Assembly (NCBI RefSeq): GCF_009914755.1
Contig: NC_060928.1
DNA from: the human T2T-CHM13v2.0 reference genome, Homo sapiens
DNA length: 64,000 bases
Strand: one strand, 5' to 3'
In this document: one piece after another, positions 1 to 12,800 of the stretch
Layout of the letters: every line of letters begins with the position of its first letter
Numbering within the stretch: the first letter of the stretch is position 1
Notes under the pieces: generated by a model
What the model saw: the letters and a program-made list of their open reading frames with translations, nothing else
The model's database searches: none
Told to the model about the DNA's origin: nothing
Translations under genes and position numbers: made by a program

Positions 1-1275
1 CTAATACAGAACACTAGAAGCTATGAATGCTGGGAAAATGTTGGTAATGAAGATGACAATAGTGGTAATGTGGTTAAGTGTATAATCACTAATTAGGCAA
101 CACTGTAATTTTCTGGTTCTGAAAATGGCGCAGCACATTCAGGAAGACTTTTTGCCTAGAGGCTTGTGTGGTCCTGAGTGCACACATACATGCCTGGACG
201 CATGGCCCACGCAGAGCAGGGCAGCAGAGGCTTGGCAGCCAGGAGTCTCCTTGCCCTCTGTCTCCCGAGGCTCACAGTATTTCTCTTTGCAGGGCCTCGC
301 TAAGGAGTAGCTCTCGGCTGGCAAGCTGCCACACAGATTTTTATAAAAAGGCATTTTCCTCATATAAAATAATTTGGGGCTTTCCAGTTACACCACATTG
401 CTGTAATTAATAGGAGTCACTTTTTACGTAGAAGATCTATTAGCATCAGTGCCACATGAAAATTAAGAAGAGATGAGAGGCCAACAGCAGAGCAAGACAA
501 AGATGAGAAATCGTCTTAACCACGAGGACCACAGATGAAGAGCACACGAGCAAAAATGGAAAAAAAAATCAGAGTTTTCCTAGGTTATGGAATATTTGGA
601 TATGAGCCTCACCTTTAGTTTTGACATATCATATTGAATTACAAGTGAGAGCTGGAAAAAAATGTGTATTCACTCTATTGGAACTAAAATATATTTTGAA
701 TATTTTCTCCTTTTCTTCCTTAAGATGTACATTTCCTCCTACCTGTACATTAATGTTCATGAAACGAGCATATATCATCATTTTTAATTATTTGACTCAT
801 ATTTCCTCCCTTGTCATTGCTTCAGTGTGCTCAAAAGCAGGTGTAAAGGAGGAAATTAAAATAGAGCATTCACCTGCTGTGAGTCCCTATCGGCTGTAAT
901 GGTTGGATACGTGGACTTATCCCTAAGTCCCACTCCAGTGGTCAAGAGCCATTAACCAAAGCCTGTCCCTCACAGCTTCCTTCACTCTCGAGCCCGGTGA
1001 TGCCCTGTCAGTCACCAGGTGGACACCATTGTGATTACACAGAAAGTAATTTCTTGATAGTAACTAACAAGATAACAATTTTTAGCATACTTTGTTGCTT
1101 TAAAGGTATTTCATGGAGAGTTTTTGACTACAAGTGTTTACTTTCCTGTATGCAGTCAAAGTCCAGCTGATTGTTGCATTAAATGCCCTCACTATCCCTC
1201 CTGGGATCAAATGAGAGAGGACCCAAGAGGTTCTTAGAAACAGGACTTTACAAAGAGGAGGTTCTGAGTATGGCA

Positions 1276-1450
1276 TTGATTCTCAAAACTTCAGTTTGCA
1301 AAAGAAACAGCTAAAATGCAGTTAAAAATGCAAACTCCTGGCTCCCACCCTCAGATATTCACATATGGGTAAGTCTGGAGGGGGCCCAAGAATATGCATT
1401 TTAAATGAGTGTTTCAGATGATGCTAATGCAAGTGCTCTGGGAACCCTGG
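1276..1450. mobile_element. MER5-like hAT-Charlie MITE relic
   Basis: Degenerate MER5-type segments 'aaaatgcaaactcctggctcccaccctcaga' and 'ggggcccaagaatatgcattttaa..gatgctaatgca'. Confidence 0.6.
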
Positions 1451-2394
1451 TGTAACTAACACAGGAGGGGAGGGGCGTGGAACTTTTCCTTCTCCTAAAT
1501 TCACTCTGCAAGAGGAGATATTTTCCGTACTATGCGTTATTTTGACAGGTTGCCATTGAGGTGAGGAAGATAGTGAATACTTCCTGTAAAGAGGGCATTA
1601 TCATGTGAGTTCATACTTTCATTCATACACCTTTTGCTTCTTCCTTGGTTCTAAGTACCAGTCACATAGATAAAATATAAAAAGGGACAAATTTTAAAAC
1701 ATTAATCAAAAGCAACTTAAGTGTGTCCATGGCTAGGAATAAACCAGGAACTGAAGCTGAAGTGAGGGTCTACTGGACTCTGGGTAGAGAAACAGAAGCA
1801 GGTAGAGTTTGCTTCCTACAGGATGATGAGGGCTAACAGTACCTGATCCAACGCCTGGACCCAAGTCAGCCCCTGTGTTTGAAATCAGCAGCTGGGTCGT
1901 GACTGAAAAGTCCAGAGAGGAAGTTGGGATAAAAAGCCTGTAAGCTCCTCCCTAGAAAGCTGGGTATCTGGGGTTGGCTGGCTGGAGCAAAGGCAGCCTC
2001 CCAGCCAAGACTTGAGTGCAGATACTTCCAGACTTGGAGACTGGATGTGTAATACACCCAGGTTCATGACAGAACGAGAGCTTCAAGGTGCCAATACAAG
2101 ATCTGGTTCTGGGATTGGGGTGCAAGGGGATAGGTGAATGAAGGCAACCAAAATACCACCAAACAGCAAGAGGTAAATGAAGAGAGACAGAGTCAGGGAA
2201 TATATAAAATACTATTCAAAATGTATATGCAAATTAAAATTAAATTTATAAATAAAATTAATGCTGTGAAATCAGTGTTTGGAAGATGAGTTCACTGCAT
2301 ATGAAATGAAAATGATGAGTTTTAAAAAAGTATGTTTGATATTCTCAGAGTAATAAGGGAAGTAATAACATCCATAAAAGAATAAGAAATTATG

Positions 2395-2824
<430 letters not shown>

Positions 2825-3145
2825 TTATGTTGACCTGACAAGTAGTGTTAAGGAATTCCACCTTATACACCTTATATATAAGAAAATGAAAAGATTGAAA
2901 AAATGAGAGCAAATAAGAAACATGAAGGATGAAATGATAGTCTACAAAGTATAATATGAACATCAGAAGGAGCCAGTTACACAGAGGAGAAGCAGCATTC
3001 AAGGAAATAATGGTTAAGGATTTTTCAGAACTGATGGATAGGCAGGAAAAAAAAAGACACTTTTGGTAAGAAAATATAAAACATTAGGGATTCAGAGAAA
3101 AATATTACAGTAACCTGAGAGAAAAGACATTATCTATTATCTACA

Positions 3146-3436
3146 GGCTGGGCACGCTGGCTCATATCTGTAATCCCAGCACTTTAGGAGGCTGAAGCAG
3201 GTGGATCACATAACGTCAGGAGTCTGAGAACAGCCTGGCCAACATGGCGAAACCCTGTCTCTACTAAAAATACAAAAATTAGCTGGACGTGGTGTGTGGG
3301 CCTGTATTCCCAGCTACTCAGGTGGCTGAGGCACGATAATTGCTTGAGCCTGGGAAGCGGAGGTTGCAGTGAGTCAAGATCATGCCACTGCACTCCAGCC
3401 TGGGCAACAGAGTGAGACTCTGTCTCAAAAAAAAAA
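3146..3436 (+). mobile_element. Alu (AluS), full length
   Basis: Dimeric Alu, A tail, TSD attatctaca (3136-3145, 3441-3450). Confidence 0.96.
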
Positions 3437-6400
3437 CCACATTATCTACAAAAGAACAACTCCCAAACCGAAGTGTTCTCATGAGCACTGATGGCAAACA
3501 GAAGATTTTCCCCAAATGCTTTTGACATAGAGAGTAAATAAGTGCCAACCTAGATTTCTATTCCCAGCTAAACTACCACTTCAGGTATAAAATTCAAGCT
3601 CCTAATGGAAAGGAGTAAAATATCTTTTATTTAATAAACAGTGCAAGGGGTGCAGATCCAAGACAGTTCCTATCTTAGAAGACCTTTCAACCTAGTGAGA
3701 ACACAGTCTTGTAAACACTAATTATAACAAATATCTTAAATCACATAGATAATACTGTCAATGAGAATGTAATTTACTCTGTTACCACAAAAGTGTACTA
3801 TTGTTGGAATATGTTAGTATAGTGAGACAATCATAGTAGTTATAACACCATAGTTGAAGATCTTGTTTATTACCTTTTACACACAGAGATCATACAATAT
3901 ATTTCTTCCAAATTTAGTTTCTAGAAAAAATTATTCTTGCAAATAAATTAATTTCTTCCTTTAGACAGTGGCAACTATATAAAAGTAACATTTTCATTTT
4001 TGCTGTAGTTGCTAGGAAACTCCTAGTCAAATTTTATGCCTAATTGTGGTGAGTGGACTTTTTTGAAATCATACCAGACCAAACCAGGATTTATTTTGCT
4101 AACAGTCATGTTCTCTGCTCTCTGTGGATCTGTCAAAATTTATCCCTCATTGTGTATGTTGTTAAATTTTGCAAAGTACTTTAAATCTATTTGGAAGGGG
4201 ATACTGTGATTCATTTCTTTTAAAAGAAGAACTCTAAGTGAAATCTATCATTTTAATAATGAGTATAGAAAAAATACTATGCTTCACAGAAAAATTAGTT
4301 TTTAATAATTTAATTTCATGATGTGTGTGCACGAGGAAACCGAGCTTTATTTTTAAATGCATGCAATTACATTTCCAAAAATTACCATAGCAGTTTGGGT
4401 TTGAAGCAATGGATTGAAGTAAATCTTTAAAATAGGAATTCTGATTCTAAACTTGCATAGAAATGTAGTTCACTTTAAAATATGTATAATATTGAACTAA
4501 TCTAAGGAGATGTGTGAAATAAATCCTTATAAAGTATCTCAAAGATCTATTGTGGGACTATTTAAAAGCTTTGCTGTTTAAATAATATATGAAATATTCA
4601 AAAATCTCTCACAGACACATGCACGTGCACACACATACACACACACAAAGATAAATGTAGATACCAAATTCACATAGAGAAAAAAGGTACAAAGTAGATA
4701 TCAGCTTTACATTTAATTTTGAATCTTCTATGACTGTGACACAGTAAAACAATTTTCAGCTCTTCAGTTGATTTCACTTGTGCTACTTCGCTAGTTTTCA
4801 ACCTTCGTTATTGTGTTGTCTAAACTGGTGGGTAAATTTTCCACCTTGAACACCAATAGGTGACACACTGTTAATCAGCATACCATTTCGAAATATCTTA
4901 ATGCCCATTAAGTCTATTTTTTTCCAGAAGCCTATAGATTTCAGATGGCCTTTAACAGGAGGGAGAAGAAAGGGCAGCTTTTCCTTGCTTCTTTAGCTGT
5001 GCTTTCTGACCACAGCGGTTTTCAAGCCTCATGGCACATTTGAATGCTTGGTTGTGTCATCATTCTGGCACTGTTATCTTTGATTCCAAAAGAGAATGTA
5101 GCATTTCAAATGTCGGAAATGTGCTATAGATTTTTTGGCAGTAGGAAGGAAGTCAGTTTGACTTTCATGTCTTAAAGAAATATGTAATGTTATGACCAAA
5201 ATTAGTACTCTCTGAAATTATTTTGCTCTGAAATTGGAAAGAGGTAATATACATCTATTAGGTTGTATACAAACCCTTTGACTGGCAGCCAGGTTTGAAC
5301 ATTTCTTTTTACTAGAAACCAGCTCTTACATATTCATTTATTCCTTTGGCATGATAAGAGAGGGAGACTGGGAAGGAAAAAAATTGCATTAAAAATTTTA
5401 AACTAATGTAAAGTAAGCTTTATTAGCTTAGAGGCATCATTTCCCTCTGTTTTCATATATGACAGTGGGTAAACAATCAAGTGCCAGTATTCTAAGTGTG
5501 CTAAATTGCCAATATGTCAAGAAACAGAAGAGTTTAAAATACATCAAGATGAAATAAATTATTGCTTATTGAACTTTAAGAAAATTATTTCAGAGTGAAA
5601 CTTGACATGTAATTTAGCTGCAGTTTTTTCAATTGTGACCTGTTACGTTTCTGCTTTGTTTACACCATATAGAGTGCAGTTATACTGAGCTACTTGGAGT
5701 CGTTTAAAGCAGTTTCTTGGCATGTATATCATCATCCTGAGACACCTTATAATAAATTCAATCCCCCTGCCTCCCCAGCATGCCATATGTTAAATTAATT
5801 AAAAATAAAACTTTTAACCATACTTGTAAAAGTACTAAGAAATTGTCTCCACTAGAAAGCACCTGGAGCCTATGTTTTAGAATCCCTATGGTTAGTTGCT
5901 ATAATATTTGTGAAAATTTGAATAATATGGGAAATGGGTAGTCTTAATTCACACACCAAGATAGAAGTTGCTTTATTCTCATTGATGTCTCCATCCGCAT
6001 ATCCATAATATGTTTTTATTTTCAACAGCTGCTTAATGTGTTATTCAAGTTGAGTTGAGGTATGGTTAAGCTTAGTGATATAAAACCTTCTGAGACATCT
6101 AGGAATGTGATATTTCTGACCAGCTGCAAAAATGGTAACCTCTTAGAAACAAATGAGCATAATAAAACAAAAAGTAGGCAGTGAGTGTATTAATCTTTTT
6201 TCTTCCTTGTGTTTTTCCTCTCATATTGCTTTCTTAAAAAAAAAAAGAAACCTTTAATAGAGCTCTAACCTTTAAAAGTTCTTTGAGTCAAGCAATTTTT
6301 CATGATCAAGCTGTCTCATGATTGTTTTTATTTCAGTTTAACATTTCTTTTGATTCACTACATTTTTTTAAGGTATTTATGAGATTTTACTCCAGAGTTC

Positions 6401-6706
6401 AACTGAGGTTAATAACTCGTGATTTAAATAAAGTCATTGAATATCTGCATGTGACCAAGTCAGTACCACTCTTGGGGTCACAATTGGCTTCCCAAAGTAA
6501 CTATAACAAAATTATTCTAGATAGAATTTATTGTAAAATAATGAGTCTGTTTATACAGTTATGCAAAACATGCTCTTTCCTGTTAATAATAGGAAAATAT
6601 TTCATTGCTTAAGAAACACCAAACCTGCAACAGAGTGCTTTAGAAAACAAACCATCGGAGAGGCACACGTTGTCTGCATCACTGCCTGCCTCACACTGGG
6701 TTTTGA

Positions 6707-7085
<379 letters not shown>

Positions 7086-8364
7086 TCCATTTTCAATACA
7101 GTATGCAGATGGAAAACAATAATAGCAATTACATTTTGGACCTTGTTTCTCAGTGATCTTTCATATGTAACATTTTAATATTTATTAGTTTCTCACTAAT
7201 TAAATATAAACATATAATACCATTGTAGCAAAAAGTTATCTAACCCTTTTACTATTGTGAATGGTATATCCTTGTATGACATGCTTTTTCTTTATTTTTT
7301 ACTTGCATTCTTTTTTTGTAGTTTGCTAACATCAACTTTTAGGATAATGATAGAAAAAAATTCATAAAATACATTGATTATTTAAAAATAATGCCAGGAA
7401 GGACTTAGTATCTAATAAACGGCTAAAAGTCACTTTGAGGGGGAAAAAATTGTCAGACTGGCATCCTCAAGGGTCAAGAAGCAAAGATGAAAATAGGTAT
7501 TAGGACAACAAAAGATACTTTTTATTCCTAAATGATAGTTACATTGTTATAGTATTTAAGTGAAGAGTGAAAATCCACCTCTAGGACGAAAGCTGAAGAT
7601 AAAGCCAGGAAGAGCCCATCATTTTGCTATTTTCTTTGTTTTTAACATAGCTCTTTGAAGATGTAGATGATTGATAACATGTTTCATGATTTACCTAAAT
7701 GTTTGATATCTGTACATCTCTCCAAAATGAAGATTTACATTTCAAAAGTTGAATTTATGTCTGAAGATTTATGTGTACGTGGTTTTTTAATATCCCTAAT
7801 TTTGAAAAAAATTCTATAATTTGGCCCTAAATTATACTAAAACTGAATCATGGTATCATTACTTCCAAAACATTTATCTGTGCAGGTGCTAACATAAAAA
7901 TGAAAGCATACTTTAAGATTTGCCTTGGAAACAGATGTTTTTGAAAATACTGGTGAAAAAAAAGCAGGCCAAAAAAGTAGGGAAACATTTCAATTCGAAT
8001 ATATTGCAGGTTGAGATTGTTGTAGAGAGTGGAGTGGCTAGAGAGAGCTAAGCAGTTTCTTTGAGGTGCAGTTTCACTTTTATTTTCAAAAAGCAAGTCA
8101 GTATAACAAGTCAAGGAAGATAGAAAACAGCTGAAAAGAACGGATTCTCCAGTAAGCATCGTTTATTTAACCACGGAATTCGTAATGTCCTTTGCTTATT
8201 TAGAAAAAGTTTCTGGAATTTGCCAGGGGGTCACAGACACAGAAGTGATCAAACCTGCATGATTGTTGGGGGGTGGGGTAGTGATAAGAATTTTACAACC
8301 TGTTTCCAGCACTGGGGGCCCTCAGGGGCAAGAGGAACTGAGAAAGGATGGAAATTAGATATAG

Positions 8365-8672
8365 TGTTTTTGTTTTTGTTTGTGTTTTTGAGACGGGCCT
8401 CACCCTGTTACCCAGCCTGGAGTGTGGTGGCACTATCACAGCTCAAGGCAGCCTCGACCTCCCCGTGCTCATGTGATCCTCCCACCTCAGCCTCCCACGC
8501 AGCTGGGGCTATAGGCACCCACCACAACACCAAGCTAATTTTTTGTGTGTTTTGTAGAGACAGTGTTTCGCCATGTTGCCCAGGCTGGTCTTGAACCCCT
8601 GGGCTCAAGCAATCTGCCTGCCTCAGCCTCCCGAAGTGCTGGGATTACAGCTGTGTGCCACCGTGCCAGGCC
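8365..8672 (-). mobile_element. AluJ
   Basis: Antisense Alu with J-type 'gggctcaagcaatc' and 'gcagcctcgacctcc'. Confidence 0.93.
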
Positions 8673-9028
8673 AGGTCACAGGTCTTAAGAGTGGGATATG
8701 ACTTGCTGGGGCCAAGGACAGTGCCATACCTCTCAACAGACCTCAGATCTGCGGCACGTTCCGTCCTTAGGGTTATGCGTGGATACGACAGGAAGGTTAT
8801 AAACAGAAGATGATAAAAATGGTTTTGGAAAATTAGTTTTCAATGCTGACAATTCGGCCTTACAAAGACATTCTATATATGAAATTATTTAAGATCTTTA
8901 TTGTTAATAGTAATTATCATAGCAAGTAAATACTTCCTGAACACATGATGCAGACTCTGTACTAAATGTGTTACCCATGATCTTATTGAACTTTTATATA
9001 AACTCTGTAAAAGAAATACTGTTATTTC

Positions 9029-9840
9029 TGACACTTCTCAAAAGAAGACATTTATGCAGCCAACAGACACATGAAAAAATGCTCATCATCACTGGCCATC
9101 AGAGAAATGCAAATCAAAACCACAATGAGATACCATCTCACACCAGTTCGAATGGCAATCATTAAAAAGTCAGGAAACAACAGGTGCTGGAGAGGATGTG
9201 GAGAAATAGGAACGCTTTTACACTGTTGGTGGGAGTGTAAACTAGTTCAACCATTGTGGAAGTCAGTGTGGCGATTCCTCAAGGATCTAGAACTAGAAAT
9301 GCCATTTGACCCAGCCATCCCATTACTGGGCATATACCCAAAGGACTATAAATCATGCTGCTATAAAGACACATGCACACATATGTTTATTGGAGCACTA
9401 TTCACAATAGCAAAGACTTGGAACCAACCCAAATGTCTATCAATGATAGACTGGATTAAGAAAATATGGCACATATACACCATGGAATACTATGTAGCCA
9501 TGAAAAAGAATGAGTTCTTGTCCTTTGTAAGGACATGGATGAAGCTGGAAACCATCATTCTGAGCAAACTATCGCAAGGACAGAAAACCAAACACCGCAT
9601 GTTCTCACTCATAGGTGGGAACTGAACAATGAGAACACTTGGACACGGGGTGAGGAACATCACACACCGGGGCCTGTCGTGGGGTGGGGGAGGGGGAAGG
9701 ATAGCATTAGGAGATATACGTAATGTAAATGACGAGTTAACAGGTGCAGCACACCAACATGGCACATGTATACATATGTAACAAACATGCATGTTGTCCA
9801 CATGTACCCTAGAACTTAAAGTATAATAATAATAATAATA
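9029..9840 (+). mobile_element. 5'-truncated L1PA (about L1PA3-5): ORF2 C-terminus, 3'UTR and (AAT)n tail
   Basis: ORF2 end '..[10 protein letters not shown]', G-rich 3'UTR tract, 'agaacttaaagtataat' terminus, perfect TSD aaaagaaatactgttatttc (9009-9028, 9841-9860). Confidence 0.98.
9071..9625 (+). pseudogene. L1 ORF2p C-terminal fragment (184 aa open) with the CCHC motif
   Basis: [47 protein letters not shown] matches L1 ORF2p; EN/RT domains and promoter absent. Confidence 0.95.
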
Positions 9841-12619
9841 AAAAGAAATACTGTTATTTCCCTATTTTTCAGGGTGAGGACATTGAGGTTAACAAATATA
9901 TTCAGTTCTATCTAGTAAGCTATAGAAATAGAATTTGAGTAAGTCTGCCTGATTGTTATAATTGTGCCCTATCTGTCAAGCAGCCTCCTGTTTTGAAGGA
10001 ATTTCTAATTCTCATGGATATACATTTGGTGTTTGGAGAGGTAGATATTCGAGTTATAAGACAGATGAAAATTTGACTTAATTTAACACATTTGTGGCCA
10101 TGAAATGAATTAATACTGGACAGCGGTTGATGCAGTTTCAGCTACTGTCACTCTGATTACTGTATGAGCGACTCCAGTCATCCATAGACAATAATTCATT
10201 CATAACTTTCTCTCTCAGTCACCACACACACACGAACTACACTGGTGAAGATTTATTTTTGCCGCATACGGACATAATTTGAGAGGCATGGCCTCCACGA
10301 CTCTTCTGTGAAATGACAAGTTTTGTCAGGAAGTTTCTAGGCCTTTATCAGATTAAAAATAGAACATGGCTACAATTTTTCCACTGTAATACTTACTCAG
10401 ATAAATCAGTTGAAAGAGATTATTAGGCTCAGGGCCACTAAGGGAAAACTTTAGTTCAACTCTGGCTGCTGTGGGGGCAGAATCCTGTGGATATGATTGT
10501 ACACTCTTAGCATTGACATGAGGATTGATGAATGGATATACACCAAACTATAGGTATGTCAAGGTAGGGGCTGTTATAAAAACATGCTGGGTTAGTCATA
10601 ATGGCAAACCAATAAATCAACAGTTGGAAATTCTGTTTTTTATTTGACGCACTCAGAAGACATATCTCCATGTGGAAAGATGAGGAGTTTTCTTATGTCC
10701 TTATCATTAATTATTCCATTTTGGAAGCCACATGCTTATTCTATACATTATCCTGATAGCTAAGAATTGATATCAGTGCAAAGAAAAAAAAAGTCAAATG
10801 CCAAAGAAGTAAATCCAGTTATTCCAGAGATTGAGATGGTTTCATCACTGAACAGCTTGCAGATAGCCTTCAGAAAGTAATTTCTGAAATGTATGCAATG
10901 TCATCAGAGATGTGACATTTTAAAAATAAAATTGCACTGATAGACTAATCAAAATCCACATTTCTCTGAGCCATTGTATCTGTCTTCATTGTCCTCACCC
11001 CCTCTTCATCTTCATCTTCACCCTCGTCATCACCCTTTATTATCTCACCTTCTTCTCATTGCCAACCACACTGAGAAAAGTAGATAGAGAGGACACTATC
11101 TCCAAAGTAAGTGAGGGCTTAGAGAGATTAAGGATCATCCAACGTCACTCAAGTAAGCTAATGGCCAAGAGAGCAATAACCACAGCCCTGACAATATATA
11201 TACTCTTTCCTCTAGATCAACGTTTCTCCCCTTATTTCATGCTTTAGGTATGACTTTGAAAGATGAAATAAATGAGTTGTATAGTCTTAATTCCCCTTTG
11301 TTGCTCAGAAATATCCTCTGAGCATTTCCCAAAGAATCCAGAAGAGAAGACTTACTTCTGTTAGTAAATGTTTAGCCTCTGGTCATAACTATCTTCCTGT
11401 TTTGTGCAAGAAGAGCAAGCAAGAAAGCAAAATGTGACAGGGAGAATCAAAGAAAACTCAGATTTCTGCTCTCACATTTATATGGATCAGATCTATTTTT
11501 ATATGTATTAAGGTTCTTTTAAAATAAAAGAAAATAAAATGAAAAGAGCTGTGAAAAAAAGAAAAACAATCTAAATGCTGTCTAATCAATAAGGAATATT
11601 CAATTCTTGATTTGCAACTTAGTCCATACCAACTAGCCAAAGTCCTCCCAACCATGACCTCAGGGGCTGAAATGGCCCTTTAGATCTACCAGGTTCTTGC
11701 TGGAGCTCATCATTCGGGATGACCATTGGCTGAAGGTCAAGTCCCGGGGCCAGCTTTGCAACTTGGCTTTTACATTAGGCAGTTTCCGTGCGAAATGAAT
11801 CCCACTGTGGTTAGAAAAAAAACTGTTTTGAGATAAATTCTGAAATATTTCTGGTAAAAGACCTCTCATCTCCAAGCTCAGTCTTCCTTTTTTTCTGTGT
11901 TAAAACTATTTGTAATGTAAATGTGTTCCTGTGTCTTGAAACATCTCTGAAGCCACGCAAATTCGTATCATCCAATAAAGGTGCTTATTTATCAACGGAT
12001 AGCTACACATTTTTTTCACTGTTTTTTTTTAAAAGAGTGTAGACTGTAGTGTTAGAAGTTCTAAAGCCAAGCAAGCAGTGGGCTGTAGTGCTTTGAAAAC
12101 GGCATCATGAAATGAAGTTGCATCTTTAGAAAGCAAACACATTAGCTCGGTGGTGACATGGAAGGCGTAACCGCGTTGTTTTGACCTGTTGTCACATTGA
12201 CATTCCTTCTTCTGTTGTTGGCTTTGAGTAACCTCGCAACCAAGTCCCTGCTGCCTTAAAAATTAATTATGATAAGGATTTCTTTTCAGTTCAGACTGTT
12301 CAAGAATGCCTCACGTGCAGGCTGCAAATTATGAAGTGTAAATTAGGGCATCACTGAGCAGGGAAGGTCCCAAGAAACCAATTTAAGAATTCTCTCCGGC
12401 TTTACTGGGGACCTGGAAATAGTCCCTTCTGAAGGAAGAACTTGAAATTAGAATCGACTTGTCATTCAATTTCACTGCATATTGGGATCAACCTTTGGGA
12501 AAGAATGTACTAAATATATCTGGACAAAAATTTTAAAAACTTTTTTTTACTGCTTATTGTACAGTTTTCACAGCTTTACTTAAAAATAATCACTACCAGT
12601 TTTCAGACACCCTTGTAAG

Positions 12620-12800
12620 CATGCCACATGTATATTAACTCACTTTTAGCAATTGTATGAAATAGGTTTTATTATTGTTGCCCCCTTCTTCCAGATGAGG
12701 CAACTGAGGCATGGAAAGTCTAAGTTGCGGAGCTCACGGAGCTCGTAGGTAGCAGGTTGGTCTCCATCCAGAGGCCTTGTTCCTAACCTTGAAATGACAC
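12620..12800 (-). mobile_element. MIR
   Basis: MIR core 'cagatgaggcaactgaggc'. Confidence 0.7.

Larger units (their letters stand above)
8905..9970 (-). mobile_element. MIR split by the L1PA insertion
   Basis: MIR-like halves either side of the L1 ('..actgttatttc | cctatttttcagggtgaggacattgaggtt'). Confidence 0.5.

Noticed and set aside
10985-11060. Pyrimidine-rich CTT/CAT tract that would encode an acidic stretch on the minus strand
   Set aside because: Decayed low-complexity repeat without splice or ORF context
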